DNA from: a virus
Taxonomy: Duplodnaviria; Caudoviricetes
Virus record (IMG/VR): IMGVR_UViG_3300011115_000472
Span: 1-58,375 of that record
DNA length: 58,375 bases
Reading direction: 5' to 3' (one strand)
The notes under the pieces are model-generated. The model was given only the letters and a program-made list of their open reading frames with translations, had not been told where the DNA came from and ran no database searches. Below are positions 30,852 through 40,191 of this stretch, piece by piece. Within the stretch, counting starts at the first letter, position 1; each line of letters opens with the position of its first letter. The translations under genes were made by a program, and so were the position numbers.

Positions 30852-33353
30852 TCATACTCCTTGGGGTCGAGGCATTGGCTCGGGTGGTGGTGGTGGCGCT
30901 GACATCGCAGGCGGTGCCTTTGGTGCGGGTGGTAGCGCAGGGGGTTGTTGTGGAGTTGCCGCCACATCATTCGCATGTTGAATCGTTTCGTGAGTCAACT
31001 TTGAATTTTCGATATCAATCTTGGTTTGATTGTCCATTGCATGCTTCTGGATGTCAGCTTGCAATTTGGCTTGATCGTATTGGATATCCGATTGGTCTTT
31101 TTGCGTCTTGCGTTGAGTTTCAGCCATACTCGTATCGTGGACGACTTGTGCATCAGGCGGCAATGTTTGCTTGGCTTGTTGTTGACGTTTCTGAGCTTGC
31201 TGAATCAATTGCTGGAATGCAGGCGCAAACTGTTGGAACGTATCTTGTACATCTAAGTTTACATGGGCACCAACCGTTGCATACAACTGGTCAATCGTTG
31301 CCGTCAGCCTTGGATCATCATAGTTATCCACAGGTTTTCCACCGCGGGTTTGAGCCACATAACCATTAGAACGGTTCAAGTACCACAACGTCATGTGTTG
31401 CTTGATGTGCTCGATTAAATGGTTGAGGTAACTTGGATCTGCAAATGGCGACTGGCCCAAGAATGGGTTTAAGCCAAATTGCAAGTGATCCTGAATGTGC
31501 GCAATGTGATCTTGTTGCATGTACGCATACGCAGGCTGGCCAATCAGCATGGCCGCGTTTTCATCAGCAGAGGTGCGTTGTTCAGGCGCAGGCACGTCCT
31601 TCATCAATTCATTGATGTTGGGCACCTTCATTTGCTTGAGTGAGCGAGACAACACAGCGCCCATGTTGAACTGGTCAGGGTGCTTTTCCGCCAACTGCAT
31701 CACAGCCTGCATCTGAGCCATGCGTTGTGTCTCAGAGAAGATGTGCGGGTCAGACACTGGCACAACATCCGTGTTCTTGGCAAAGTCTTGGCGATTGATA
31801 TCCAAGTCAGCCACCACATCAGACTTGCGCATCTCGTCAAAGTGCCAACGGTTCAATCGGCAAAGAATTCGCAAAACGCGTGCTTGGCTTTCGTGCAGTC
31901 GCGCATGAATAGCGCTAAACACCGCGGCCCCTTGTTCAATCAGAGCCTGCGTGGTGCCCACAGGAGCCTGTGCAGACACGTCAGCGATCTTTTCTTCGCT
32001 CGTGGTCACTACCCCCTTAGCCGCGGTATCAAGCCAGCCTAGGAGCTTAAATAAGACCTCGCTGGGTGGGTTGAACGGCATGGGCATGGCGATCTGTCGG
32101 ATATCGGAAACGCCGGGTGCGCCTTCGATCTCCACAATCTGCGTCACTTCCACTTGCTGGCTCTGGCCGCTGATCTTTGCTCCCTTGAGCTTTAGCATCG
32201 TGGCCGCGTTGTTAATGTGAGCCGAATCCATCAAGGCGCGCAAAGCACCCGTCAAAGCCGCACTGAGTCCACCAATCAAGTGGGGGAGGCCAATTGCATA
32301 TGCACCACGCCACGGGATAAATTTAAACTCCACAATCCAATCTAACTTGGTCATCGTGTCGTCTGTCTCTTCCCAATTGCGATACAGGCCAATAACCTCG
32401 TTGTCCAACTCGTCAATCATCAGGATGTACGGAGCCATCTCGCCTTTGCTGTACTCGTCCTCTTCCAATTCCAAGAACGTGTAGATGTGATACACCTTGC
32501 GCAGGCCATCGCTGTTGTCTTCGTACTTCTTGCCTTCAATCTTGTCGTTGGCTTTTTGCGCCTTGGTTGGCTCGACTTCCGTCGTTGCCTTTACTAGCGT
32601 AACGTCACGGTACATGCCAGTGGAAATACGACGATTGAACTCCCAGTGCGTGATCTCGTGCATTTCAGCGGCACGCTCTGCGGTGTAGAAGTTACTGGCC
32701 GCAAATGGCAGGATCACACGGTCGATTGGCAAGAACTCCACGCATGGGCGCTTCTTCTGCTCGTCAAACCATAATTTAAAGTATTGCGATCCACCTAAAG
32801 GCAATTGCGTCAGCATCTGCTCTTGCTCGTCACGGAACTCTTGTATCTGCTCCGTAATCTGCCAGTTCAAATAGTCACGCTTGCGCTCAGCACGATCAGC
32901 TTTAACGTCGTCCATCTTGCCCAAGATTTTTGTACGTACAGGGCCATCAGGTGGAAACATCTCTTTGATTGCACGAGCGGCAAAGTCAACACAGCCCTCA
33001 GCCATGGCCGGGTGCACAACTTTGCTGGCACCCATAAACGTTGCACCACCGGGGGCGTCGTTGCCCATACCAGTGCGCTTGATGCCCTCTTCGTATTGTT
33101 TGTCACGCTGTTCGCGTGCATCCTTATCGCTCTTTAGCAAATCGATATAACGACCCGACATCGACGTCAATTCCATAGGGTCATACGACTCTGCCATGTT
33201 GGCGTAGAAATCTGGATTGACTTCGGGGCCATCATCCTCAACAGTAACAATGGCACTGCCGTCAGGCTGTTCTTCCGTCTGCATCTCAGGCAGATCTACA
33301 ACCGCGCTACCGTCTTCGTTTTCAGTAATCTGTGGGTCTAATTCATCCATCAT
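30852..33353 (-). CDS. Portal protein (P22-like)
   Basis: 833 aa; GASKVVHP, LPLGGSQYFK, FIPWRGAYAIGL, PVGTTQALIEQG; Gln-rich C-terminal barrel. Confidence 0.88.
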   Translation of the reverse strand: MMDELDPQITENEDGSAVVDLPEMQTEEQPDGSAIVTVEDDGPEVNPDFYANMAESYDPMELTSMSGRYIDLLKSDKDAREQRDKQYEEGIKRTGMGNDAPGGATFMGASKVVHPAMAEGCVDFAARAIKEMFPPDGPVRTKILGKMDDVKADRAERKRDYLNWQITEQIQEFRDEQEQMLTQLPLGGSQYFKLWFDEQKKRPCVEFLPIDRVILPFAASNFYTAERAAEMHEITHWEFNRRISTGMYRDVTLVKATTEVEPTKAQKANDKIEGKKYEDNSDGLRKVYHIYTFLELEEDEYSKGEMAPYILMIDELDNEVIGLYRNWEETDDTMTKLDWIVEFKFIPWRGAYAIGLPHLIGGLSAALTGALRALMDSAHINNAATMLKLKGAKISGQSQQVEVTQIVEIEGAPGVSDIRQIAMPMPFNPPSEVLFKLLGWLDTAAKGVVTTSEEKIADVSAQAPVGTTQALIEQGAAVFSAIHARLHESQARVLRILCRLNRWHFDEMRKSDVVADLDINRQDFAKNTDVVPVSDPHIFSETQRMAQMQAVMQLAEKHPDQFNMGAVLSRSLKQMKVPNINELMKDVPAPEQRTSADENAAMLIGQPAYAYMQQDHIAHIQDHLQFGLNPFLGQSPFADPSYLNHLIEHIKQHMTLWYLNRSNGYVAQTRGGKPVDNYDDPRLTATIDQLYATVGAHVNLDVQDTFQQFAPAFQQLIQQAQKRQQQAKQTLPPDAQVVHDTSMAETQRKTQKDQSDIQYDQAKLQADIQKHAMDNQTKIDIENSKLTHETIQHANDVAATPQQPPALPPAPKAPPAMSAPPPPPEPMPRPQGV

Positions 33354-36300
33354 TTAGCCTTCTTTGATTTGCGGCTTAATTCTAAGTTCATGATATCCAT
33401 ATTTGTGGATAGGTTCACTTTGCCGCCTTTTTTGTAGCCCAAGCGCTTCTTCATTGCAAGCTCGTATTCGCCCATCTGATTGATGTATTGCTCATCGATT
33501 GGCTCACGAATAATGTTCATCTTCGCTTGGTTGAACGGAACAACTTTCTTGCCCATCCGCGCAATCTCTTGTCTAGCATTGTGCATTGAACGTGGTGCCA
33601 AAATATCAGCAGGCGTAGTGTAACGAGTACGTCCCACTAATTTTGATGGTATGTCGTGACCATACGTCGGGTGAGGGGAAATGCTTTCCTTCAAGCTACG
33701 GTTTGGATCAAATTTAATGATTGACGATCCGCCTGCACCAGTCTCAATGTCGCGCAACTCAGGATGGCTAATTGCATAGATGATGTCATCTAGCTTTTGC
33801 TTACCGCCAGCCATGTACTTCTCTTTGCCCAGCATGCTAATAATCTTCTTGCGCATGCCTGAATTAAATGGCGCTTGCAATCTAATGTCCGACGGATTTT
33901 CAAAACCGGGAAAGTCAGGATAGGGCTTGTCATTCTTGTTGGTAGTCAACTTTACATTGCGCATTAAATGGTTGAGTTGCTCAATCTGCTCTTTAGGCAA
34001 CTTGTGCGGCTGATGGTGCGCTAACACTGAGTCCAGCATATGCACTGCGTGATACAACGCCTCTGGTGACATCTTGTGGTAGTGGCCATAGACATCCATC
34101 TCAGGATTATCTTTGGCCAAACGCTTCACAACGTTAAACATACCGCGGCTGGCACCCAAGTCACTTGCCCAGCCAGCAGGATGGCCATAGGCACCATAGT
34201 CTTTGCCACCGTACAAACCAACGGGTTGCTCCAAAGTTTCAAAGCCAATTGATTTAAGGTACTCGCCTGCTTCAGGTGAGTCCATGTTTGAATTGTTGGT
34301 GGGCATTACACCACCGCGGCTTGTGTCACCGGGTACGCCTACTGAGTACGAACCCTTCAGGTTTCCGTAATCAATAATTGGCGTCTCATTCTTCTTTGAG
34401 CTTTCAATTCCAACTTGCAAATCTTTCTCACGCGCCATCTGTTGCAGTGTCTTGCCCGTTGGGTTTTCTTGCCCCGACACTTGACGCGCCATACGCTCAG
34501 CATGCGCCTCAATGTCCGCCTTGCTTAATGTTGGCGATGGGCCGTAGTACAGGGGCTTCTTTGGCTTAGCAGACCCACCCTTGGCATACACCTCACGCTT
34601 GCCGTACTTGGGCTTCTTGGCCAGCACCAACGGGCCAATCTGCACCACATGTTCAGCATGGGTGATGGGCTCCATCGTCTCGCGGTCATAGAAGTCACCA
34701 TGACGGCGTGGGTCGTAGCCCACCTGACGATAATCAGGGTGATTAAAATACTTCTGAAAATGCTTGACAGCCTGATCTTCAGTCATGTGCTCGAGATCAC
34801 CCATGATCTTGGCAAATGGCGCTTTGTTCTGCTCACCAGTAGCCACGCGAACCGCTTTGTGTGGCGAGCCTTGAAACTCAGCATTGCGCACTGAGGAGAC
34901 GGGGCCGTAGGACGTTGCAAGTTTTTTCTCGCCGCCTGACTCATCATGTATTGAATTTACCCACACGCCATGATCTTCATATGCCGGGATGTCCAACCGC
35001 AGTCCTACGCGGTGGCCAGCAGGCCATGACTCATGACCACGCCATTTTGCTTTCTTCGGCTCATGTAGTGCGCGCATTGCGTCTTTATCAGTGGCAGGCT
35101 TGGGAATGAACTCATAAGGCTTGACGGGCTTTTCTTTGGCCACAACCTTGGCATACGCCTTTTGCTTCATGTCGCCTTCCATCAAAGCACGAGCCGCGGC
35201 TTCAATCTTTGGGTTACGACGTGATGCCTTGTCATCAAACACGGTAGGGCGCACCTCAACTTTAGGCGGTTGTCCACCATCTTTTAACAAGTTGATGTCA
35301 TTGATGTCAAATGGCGCATTGTTGTCAGGCATCCAAGATGAAGACACCGAACCACCATCAGCCATTTGAGGCGGCGCTTTGGGTGGCGTCATGGCGTTCA
35401 TAGCCTGCCCTTGTGGCGTCATCTGTAAGATGTTGCTTGGCGCTTGCTGAGGAGGCGCTCCACCACCCAATGGGGAAGGCATGCCCTGTTGCTCTGCGCC
35501 CTGCGGTGGCTGGCCTTCAGGCGGTTGCTTGGGCACCAAGCTCTGAGGTAGCAACTGATCGCCAGTCTGTTGTGGGCTCATGTCAACACCGCCAACTGGC
35601 ATTGGAGTGCCATCATTCTTGGGCGGCAGATATTCCTTGACATTCATGTTGGGAGCTTCCATAGCCCCGATCTTTGTCATATCTGAAAGTGATGTGGGCC
35701 TTTTGGTGGCCAACTCAGCGCGCATTTCATTGACTGATGGCACAGCACCGCCAACCGCCTTCTTGATCACATTGGGCGTCAATGGGTGCATCTTTTTGCC
35801 AGTCTTCTCTTGCACGTAGTAAGCGTTGTGGCCAGCCTTGCGCATGCCCTGCTGGACGCGGGGGTCTTCCAAATACTTGTGGTTACCCGCTGACAGCATC
35901 TCGCCCATGTGCTTGTGCACGTCAGGGATCTTGTTAAAGTCTTTGTGCTTGGAAATGTGGCCAGCAACATTGGTGACGTGCTCAGGGTTCTCATAGTCGA
36001 ATGGGTTCACATCGCCTCCTTCAGCGTATCCGCGCATGGCTTTAATAATGTCATTGTGCGTTGTTTGATTATTACCCGAAGCATCCCATACTGCATGGTG
36101 TGCCAAGTGTTGGTAGTGCGGTTGCATGGCCGGGTCTATCTTTAGATTCATGGCCGACTGCCTTGACGCTAATCGATCCACGGCTTCACGAGCCCCTTGA
36201 CCTTTGCCTCGATTCATGATAGAGCCAATGCCAACATTTGCAGGCAATGAATGCAGATTTAATTGGCGCGCATCGAGCGTCGGCAAATCACCGCGGCCAA

Positions 36301-36943
36301 GCATCGATCCAATGAAGCCAGACTTCGCCCCGGCCACACCCTTCATCTTCTCCGCAAAATCGCGGTAGTCATCCTTCGACCCGGTAATCGCTTGGTTTAG
36401 GTTCTGCGACATGGCAGGCATGTTCTGCGCCGCATAGATCATCTGGTCTGTCAATTGATTGTGCTTGCCAAACGGCGAGAATTTCTGTCGCACGTCATTG
36501 AGTGCAGGCTGATGCACCATACCGCGCTCTGCCGCGTTCAAATAGCTCTGCCCCATGGGTGACCCCAGCCACTCAGCAAAGGCCCCTTCTGGCCTCACCT
36601 CGTCGCCCGTGTTGGGGAGCTTCATGCCAGTCTTGGTGGCCGTAGCATGAGACAACCCACCGCGGCCAATGCTCGATTGAGTGATGGTGAATGCCTTCAG
36701 CAAGTCTCGTGTGGTCAGCCCTGCCGCCTGTGCTCGGGCCAATTGCTGGTTCATGAACTCGCCATAGTTCTTTTGAACGTAGTCGGGCACCTCGATGATA
36801 GGCATGTCCTTGCGGACGTCCTGCATCTTGCGCCACTTCCAATCTTCGATCTTTGTCGTCTTAGGATCGCGGTACTTAGAGACGTCGCCACCACCCTTCA
36901 TCAGCTCAAGGCGCATCCTGTCCATGTCTATTGGTGTTTCCAC
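33350..36943 (-). CDS. Large modular (polyvalent-type) protein, ~1197 aa, with an HhH-GPD-like module and GG-motif linkers
   Basis: Long ORF between terL and portal; probable GTG start at 36943 (track start 37003). Confidence 0.8.
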   Translation of the reverse strand: METPIDMDRMRLELMKGGGDVSKYRDPKTTKIEDWKWRKMQDVRKDMPIIEVPDYVQKNYGEFMNQQLARAQAAGLTTRDLLKAFTITQSSIGRGGLSHATATKTGMKLPNTGDEVRPEGAFAEWLGSPMGQSYLNAAERGMVHQPALNDVRQKFSPFGKHNQLTDQMIYAAQNMPAMSQNLNQAITGSKDDYRDFAEKMKGVAGAKSGFIGSMLGRGDLPTLDARQLNLHSLPANVGIGSIMNRGKGQGAREAVDRLASRQSAMNLKIDPAMQPHYQHLAHHAVWDASGNNQTTHNDIIKAMRGYAEGGDVNPFDYENPEHVTNVAGHISKHKDFNKIPDVHKHMGEMLSAGNHKYLEDPRVQQGMRKAGHNAYYVQEKTGKKMHPLTPNVIKKAVGGAVPSVNEMRAELATKRPTSLSDMTKIGAMEAPNMNVKEYLPPKNDGTPMPVGGVDMSPQQTGDQLLPQSLVPKQPPEGQPPQGAEQQGMPSPLGGGAPPQQAPSNILQMTPQGQAMNAMTPPKAPPQMADGGSVSSSWMPDNNAPFDINDINLLKDGGQPPKVEVRPTVFDDKASRRNPKIEAAARALMEGDMKQKAYAKVVAKEKPVKPYEFIPKPATDKDAMRALHEPKKAKWRGHESWPAGHRVGLRLDIPAYEDHGVWVNSIHDESGGEKKLATSYGPVSSVRNAEFQGSPHKAVRVATGEQNKAPFAKIMGDLEHMTEDQAVKHFQKYFNHPDYRQVGYDPRRHGDFYDRETMEPITHAEHVVQIGPLVLAKKPKYGKREVYAKGGSAKPKKPLYYGPSPTLSKADIEAHAERMARQVSGQENPTGKTLQQMAREKDLQVGIESSKKNETPIIDYGNLKGSYSVGVPGDTSRGGVMPTNNSNMDSPEAGEYLKSIGFETLEQPVGLYGGKDYGAYGHPAGWASDLGASRGMFNVVKRLAKDNPEMDVYGHYHKMSPEALYHAVHMLDSVLAHHQPHKLPKEQIEQLNHLMRNVKLTTNKNDKPYPDFPGFENPSDIRLQAPFNSGMRKKIISMLGKEKYMAGGKQKLDDIIYAISHPELRDIETGAGGSSIIKFDPNRSLKESISPHPTYGHDIPSKLVGRTRYTTPADILAPRSMHNARQEIARMGKKVVPFNQAKMNIIREPIDEQYINQMGEYELAMKKRLGYKKGGKVNLSTNMDIMNLELSRKSKKAK

Positions 36944-37030
36944 GGCTACTCTTTCATTGTGGTATGCATGGATTATGCCTTCGGTAATGCGGTAAGTCCA
37001 CAACCTGCTAGTTCCCTACCCGGTATGGAA

Positions 37031-38461
37031 CTAAGCCGCATATGGATTTACTTTGCGCTTCTTGTTGTGCTCGTCGGCATCAAAGATGTCATCGTCGTCG
37101 TAGTCTTCCCTTGGTGGGATATCAATGCTGATCCAGCCATAGTCGCGCAGGTATCTAAGCCCTTGGCTGATGCAGTCAACGAACTCGTCGTGCGCCGTCT
37201 CAGGGAACGAGCAGATCTGCGACACCATGCCCTCAGCCCAGTCACGCACGTAGCCCCGCTTCTTGCCGTGCTCTGGCACCCACACTCTTCCAGCTTTGAT
37301 AATGTTAGCAACAATGCTAAGTCTCTGAGTCTTGTCGGCCCTGCCGGGGTTGTACCCGAACACTGGCAAGTGAGCGCGCTCCAAGTCCTGAATGAGCGAG
37401 ATACCCGCGGCTTTGTCCTCCACCAGCAGTAAGTCCACGCGCTTCTTTTCCTTGCCTTCGCCGTACACCACCTCGTACTCTTCAATGATCTTGGGCCGCA
37501 GGTCTGGATACGTTAGCTTGTCCTGCCAGCAATCGATCACCATGACGCACATACCGCCGTCTAGGGGCTTGAAAGCACCAAGGGTGATACATCCAGTAGG
37601 GTCGTTCTCTTTGCCGTCCTTGTAGCCGCAATCGTAGCTCTGGATGATGTACTCAAAGCGTGGGAATGGCTTGCCGTCTGGCCACAGTCTGAACCAGTCA
37701 CGCTTGACAATGCCGAACTCCTCACCGTCCAGAATTTCTGCGTGGATCTCTTGCCTGCCCAAGCGGGTGCCTTCGTACTGAAGGATCTGCTTCTGGAAGC
37801 TCACCGCCAAGTTTTTCAAATTGTCATACGTGCTGGCGCGTGTGATCACCACATCGTCGCCCTCACGCTCAATTAGATTGAGCACCACTTCCTTTGGCTT
37901 GGGCGTGGTGGAGCATATGAGCTTAGTGCGCTTACCCAATCGGATGCCGAATTGAATCATGTCCCACGATTCCTGCAGGTAGTCCCAAGCGGCCAACTCA
38001 TCGAGCCACCCACCATGGAACTGTGGGCCGCGGAAGCGATCGGGCTCACTGGCCGGGATACCCTTAATAAACGAGCCATTGATCAGCTTGATCTCGTGCA
38101 GTGCCTTGTTGTAGTCCGCCACCAATTCTTTGGGGATTACATTGAGGAGCCCTGAGTCGCCCTCAAAGCAGGTGCCCTTGACGTCACCGCTAGTAGGCGC
38201 GCTAACGAGCCAGCGTGTGTTGGGTTGCTCCCATGCCCACATGGCCAGCGTCTCAGCCGCCGCTCTGGTCTTGCCGGCACCGCGGCCAGCCAGCATCAGC
38301 CAAACATTCCACCACTCGCCGGCAGGCTCGATCTGGTGCTTGTGCGCCTCACTGCTGAGCCAGCGTAACTGCCAGTTGATGACAATCTGGTCTATCAGCG
38401 GACTGTTAGCGAACTCCTCACTGATCTGTGGGTCAGCAAGGATCTCGTCGAGGACACTCAT
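37031..38461 (-). CDS. terL: Terminase large subunit
   Basis: Walker A AGRGAGKT, Walker B WLDE, STTP motif; RNase H-like C-terminus SYD...HDEFVD. Confidence 0.95.
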   Translation of the reverse strand: MSVLDEILADPQISEEFANSPLIDQIVINWQLRWLSSEAHKHQIEPAGEWWNVWLMLAGRGAGKTRAAAETLAMWAWEQPNTRWLVSAPTSGDVKGTCFEGDSGLLNVIPKELVADYNKALHEIKLINGSFIKGIPASEPDRFRGPQFHGGWLDELAAWDYLQESWDMIQFGIRLGKRTKLICSTTPKPKEVVLNLIEREGDDVVITRASTYDNLKNLAVSFQKQILQYEGTRLGRQEIHAEILDGEEFGIVKRDWFRLWPDGKPFPRFEYIIQSYDCGYKDGKENDPTGCITLGAFKPLDGGMCVMVIDCWQDKLTYPDLRPKIIEEYEVVYGEGKEKKRVDLLLVEDKAAGISLIQDLERAHLPVFGYNPGRADKTQRLSIVANIIKAGRVWVPEHGKKRGYVRDWAEGMVSQICSFPETAHDEFVDCISQGLRYLRDYGWISIDIPPREDYDDDDIFDADEHNKKRKVNPYAA

Positions 38462-38763
38462 TCCGCTTGTCGCTGTAACTTAATGCTCTTGAGCAACTCG
38501 CCAAACACATTGACGTTGTTCTCTACCACCAGTGGCTGTGTATCGTCACCACTGATTTGTATGCTACTCAGGTCAGGTAATGACTTGCTTAGCAGTATCT
38601 GTATTGCTCTCATCTTGCTCGATGATATTTCTGTGTCATCTGAATCGTTAAGTGCATGATCTTCTAGTTTTTTTATCAATAGACTAACTTGGATCTTTTT
38701 GCGCACGTCGTCCTGATGGAGTTTGCCCATTGGGCGTCCAACTTTCTTTTTGTCTTCGGTCAT
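38458..38763 (-). CDS. Putative terminase small subunit
   Basis: GRP N-terminus, LLSKSLPDL; ATGA overlap with terL. Confidence 0.65.
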   Translation of the reverse strand: MTEDKKKVGRPMGKLHQDDVRKKIQVSLLIKKLEDHALNDSDDTEISSSKMRAIQILLSKSLPDLSSIQISGDDTQPLVVENNVNVFGELLKSIKLQRQAE

Positions 38764-38794
38764 GTTGCAGTCCTTTCGCGCATACTTACAGCGC

Positions 38795-38980
38795 TTACAG
38801 GTCTAAGTTTAACAACATGTTTATAAGATTGTCTAGCTCTGGCTGTACCAGCAATGCTTGGTGCTCTTTGTCTTCGACTACCAGTGCCCATGCCTTCATG
38901 CTCTTGCACCAGTACAGCCCAGCGTTGTCATAGCCCATCATTAGGCTTTGTAGCTGGGTGTAGTTGTCTAGATTACTCAA
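38795..38980 (-). CDS. Hypothetical protein
   Basis: 61 aa, overlaps the upstream stop. Confidence 0.6.
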   Translation of the reverse strand: MSNLDNYTQLQSLMMGYDNAGLYWCKSMKAWALVVEDKEHQALLVQPELDNLINMLLNLDL

Positions 38981-39176
38981 GGCTCATGCCCATGACGCGT
39001 TGCTCCATGAGTTTGTGTGAGCGGCGCAGTTGCTTGTTCTCTTCTTTGAGGCGATCGATCTCTGAGCGCATGTGGTTCATGCGGCTTGATGCTTGGTCGA
39101 TCCAGTCCTTTACTTCTACGGGCATAGCAAATGTTTGTTCTTCTTTCTTTGCCGCGGGTTTTTTAGCTGTGGCCAT
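38973..39176 (-). CDS. Hypothetical coiled-coil protein
   Basis: Start reassigned to MATAKKPAAKK; RBS AGGA. Confidence 0.7.
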   Translation of the reverse strand: MATAKKPAAKKEEQTFAMPVEVKDWIDQASSRMNHMRSEIDRLKEENKQLRRSHKLMEQRVMGMSLE

Positions 39177-39183
39177 GATGATC

Positions 39184-39405
39184 CTAGTAGTGACGGTGGT
39201 GGGTGACGGCAACTTCTTGTGCGCGCTTGAACTGAGAACGGTTTAACTCGTAGGTCAGATTCTCTTCGCCATTGAAAATGTACACGTCGAAGTATTCGCC
39301 CTGATTGTGCTCAGGGTCGGGCTCGATGCGATCATATGCCACAGTCACTGGGCCGAAGCCCAGATCTGTTGGCACACAGTGTTGGAATTGTTCTTGTGTG
39401 ACCAT
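39184..39405 (-). CDS. Hypothetical protein
   Basis: Start reassigned to MVTQEQFQHC; RBS GAGGAG. Confidence 0.7.
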   Translation of the reverse strand: MVTQEQFQHCVPTDLGFGPVTVAYDRIEPDPEHNQGEYFDVYIFNGEENLTYELNRSQFKRAQEVAVTHHRHY

Positions 39406-39415
39406 GGGTGTCTCC

Positions 39416-39574
39416 TCAGCAAATGATGATTTCGTCGTCGGTGTGGATCTCGCGCACGTCGTAGCTGATCTTGTCCAGCATCTTGTCAATGGCGGCATCC
39501 AACGTGGCGGCGTACACCACAAAGTCGTGGGTGTGGCCAGTTTTGCTGATGACGGTGAGTGTGTAGTCTTGCAT
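39416..39574 (-). CDS. Small hypothetical protein (52 aa)
   Basis: MQDYTLTVISKTGHTHDFVVYAATL...; RBS AAGGA. Confidence 0.7.
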   Translation of the reverse strand: MQDYTLTVISKTGHTHDFVVYAATLDAAIDKMLDKISYDVREIHTDDEIIIC

Positions 39575-39613
39575 GATGTTTTCCTTCGTTGTGTGTTTAA
39601 TGATGGTGCCAAT

Positions 39614-40006
39614 TTAAAACGAAAAGTCGTGATACTTCTCGCGCTCACCAACACGCAAGCCACCAACACCTGAGTAGACAAGGCGTCCGTTTTCATTGAA
39701 ACGCATGCCACGCCATTGGCCATTTTTGTCTTTGCGGAAGTAACGCTTGTAACCGTCTGGGTTGGTGGTGTACTCGTAGTCTTGTGACTCGCTCATGCCG
39801 TTGTCATCAGTGCGCTTGTATGTGTCATCAGTGGCCACGATGTAGCGCTTCTTCATGTTGACCTCAACAATGGTGCCGGGGCTACGGTCAGTCCACGACA
39901 AGAAAGTCACGCCCATGCCTACAAACAATTCTGGTTCTCCCACCGTCATGCGGCTGTAGAGATGGTTCATTACGCTACCAGTTTGTGATCCGAGTTTCAT
40001 TTTCAT
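39614..40006 (-). CDS. Hypothetical early protein
   Basis: 130 aa; own promoter and RBS; VGMGVT..WTDR. Confidence 0.8.
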   Translation of the reverse strand: MKMKLGSQTGSVMNHLYSRMTVGEPELFVGMGVTFLSWTDRSPGTIVEVNMKKRYIVATDDTYKRTDDNGMSESQDYEYTTNPDGYKRYFRKDKNGQWRGMRFNENGRLVYSGVGGLRVGEREKYHDFSF

Positions 40007-40041
40007 TTCCTTTAATAAACCTGCTTGATTGCAGTGGTGTC

Positions 40042-40058
40042 AGTATAACAAAAAATTA
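40042..40058 (-). promoter_or_regulatory. Extended -10 promoter TAAT-N4-TGTTATACT
   Basis: One of four copies of the consensus, upstream of 39614..40006. Confidence 0.7.
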
Positions 40059-40080
40059 GAGTATTTTATAGGTGTTTGCC

Positions 40081-40182
40081 CTAATAATCGTTGTCCAGCA
40101 AGATCATGATCACAATGACGCCCATGAATATGATTCCACCCAAAGTCATTAGCAACACAACCCAAGCGATTGTTTCAAACAT
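40081..40182 (-). CDS. Small membrane peptide (33 aa)
   Basis: MFETIAWVVLLMTLGGIIFMGVIVIMILLDNDY; RBS GGAG. Confidence 0.6.
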   Translation of the reverse strand: MFETIAWVVLLMTLGGIIFMGVIVIMILLDNDY

Positions 40183-40191
40183 GTAATGCTC

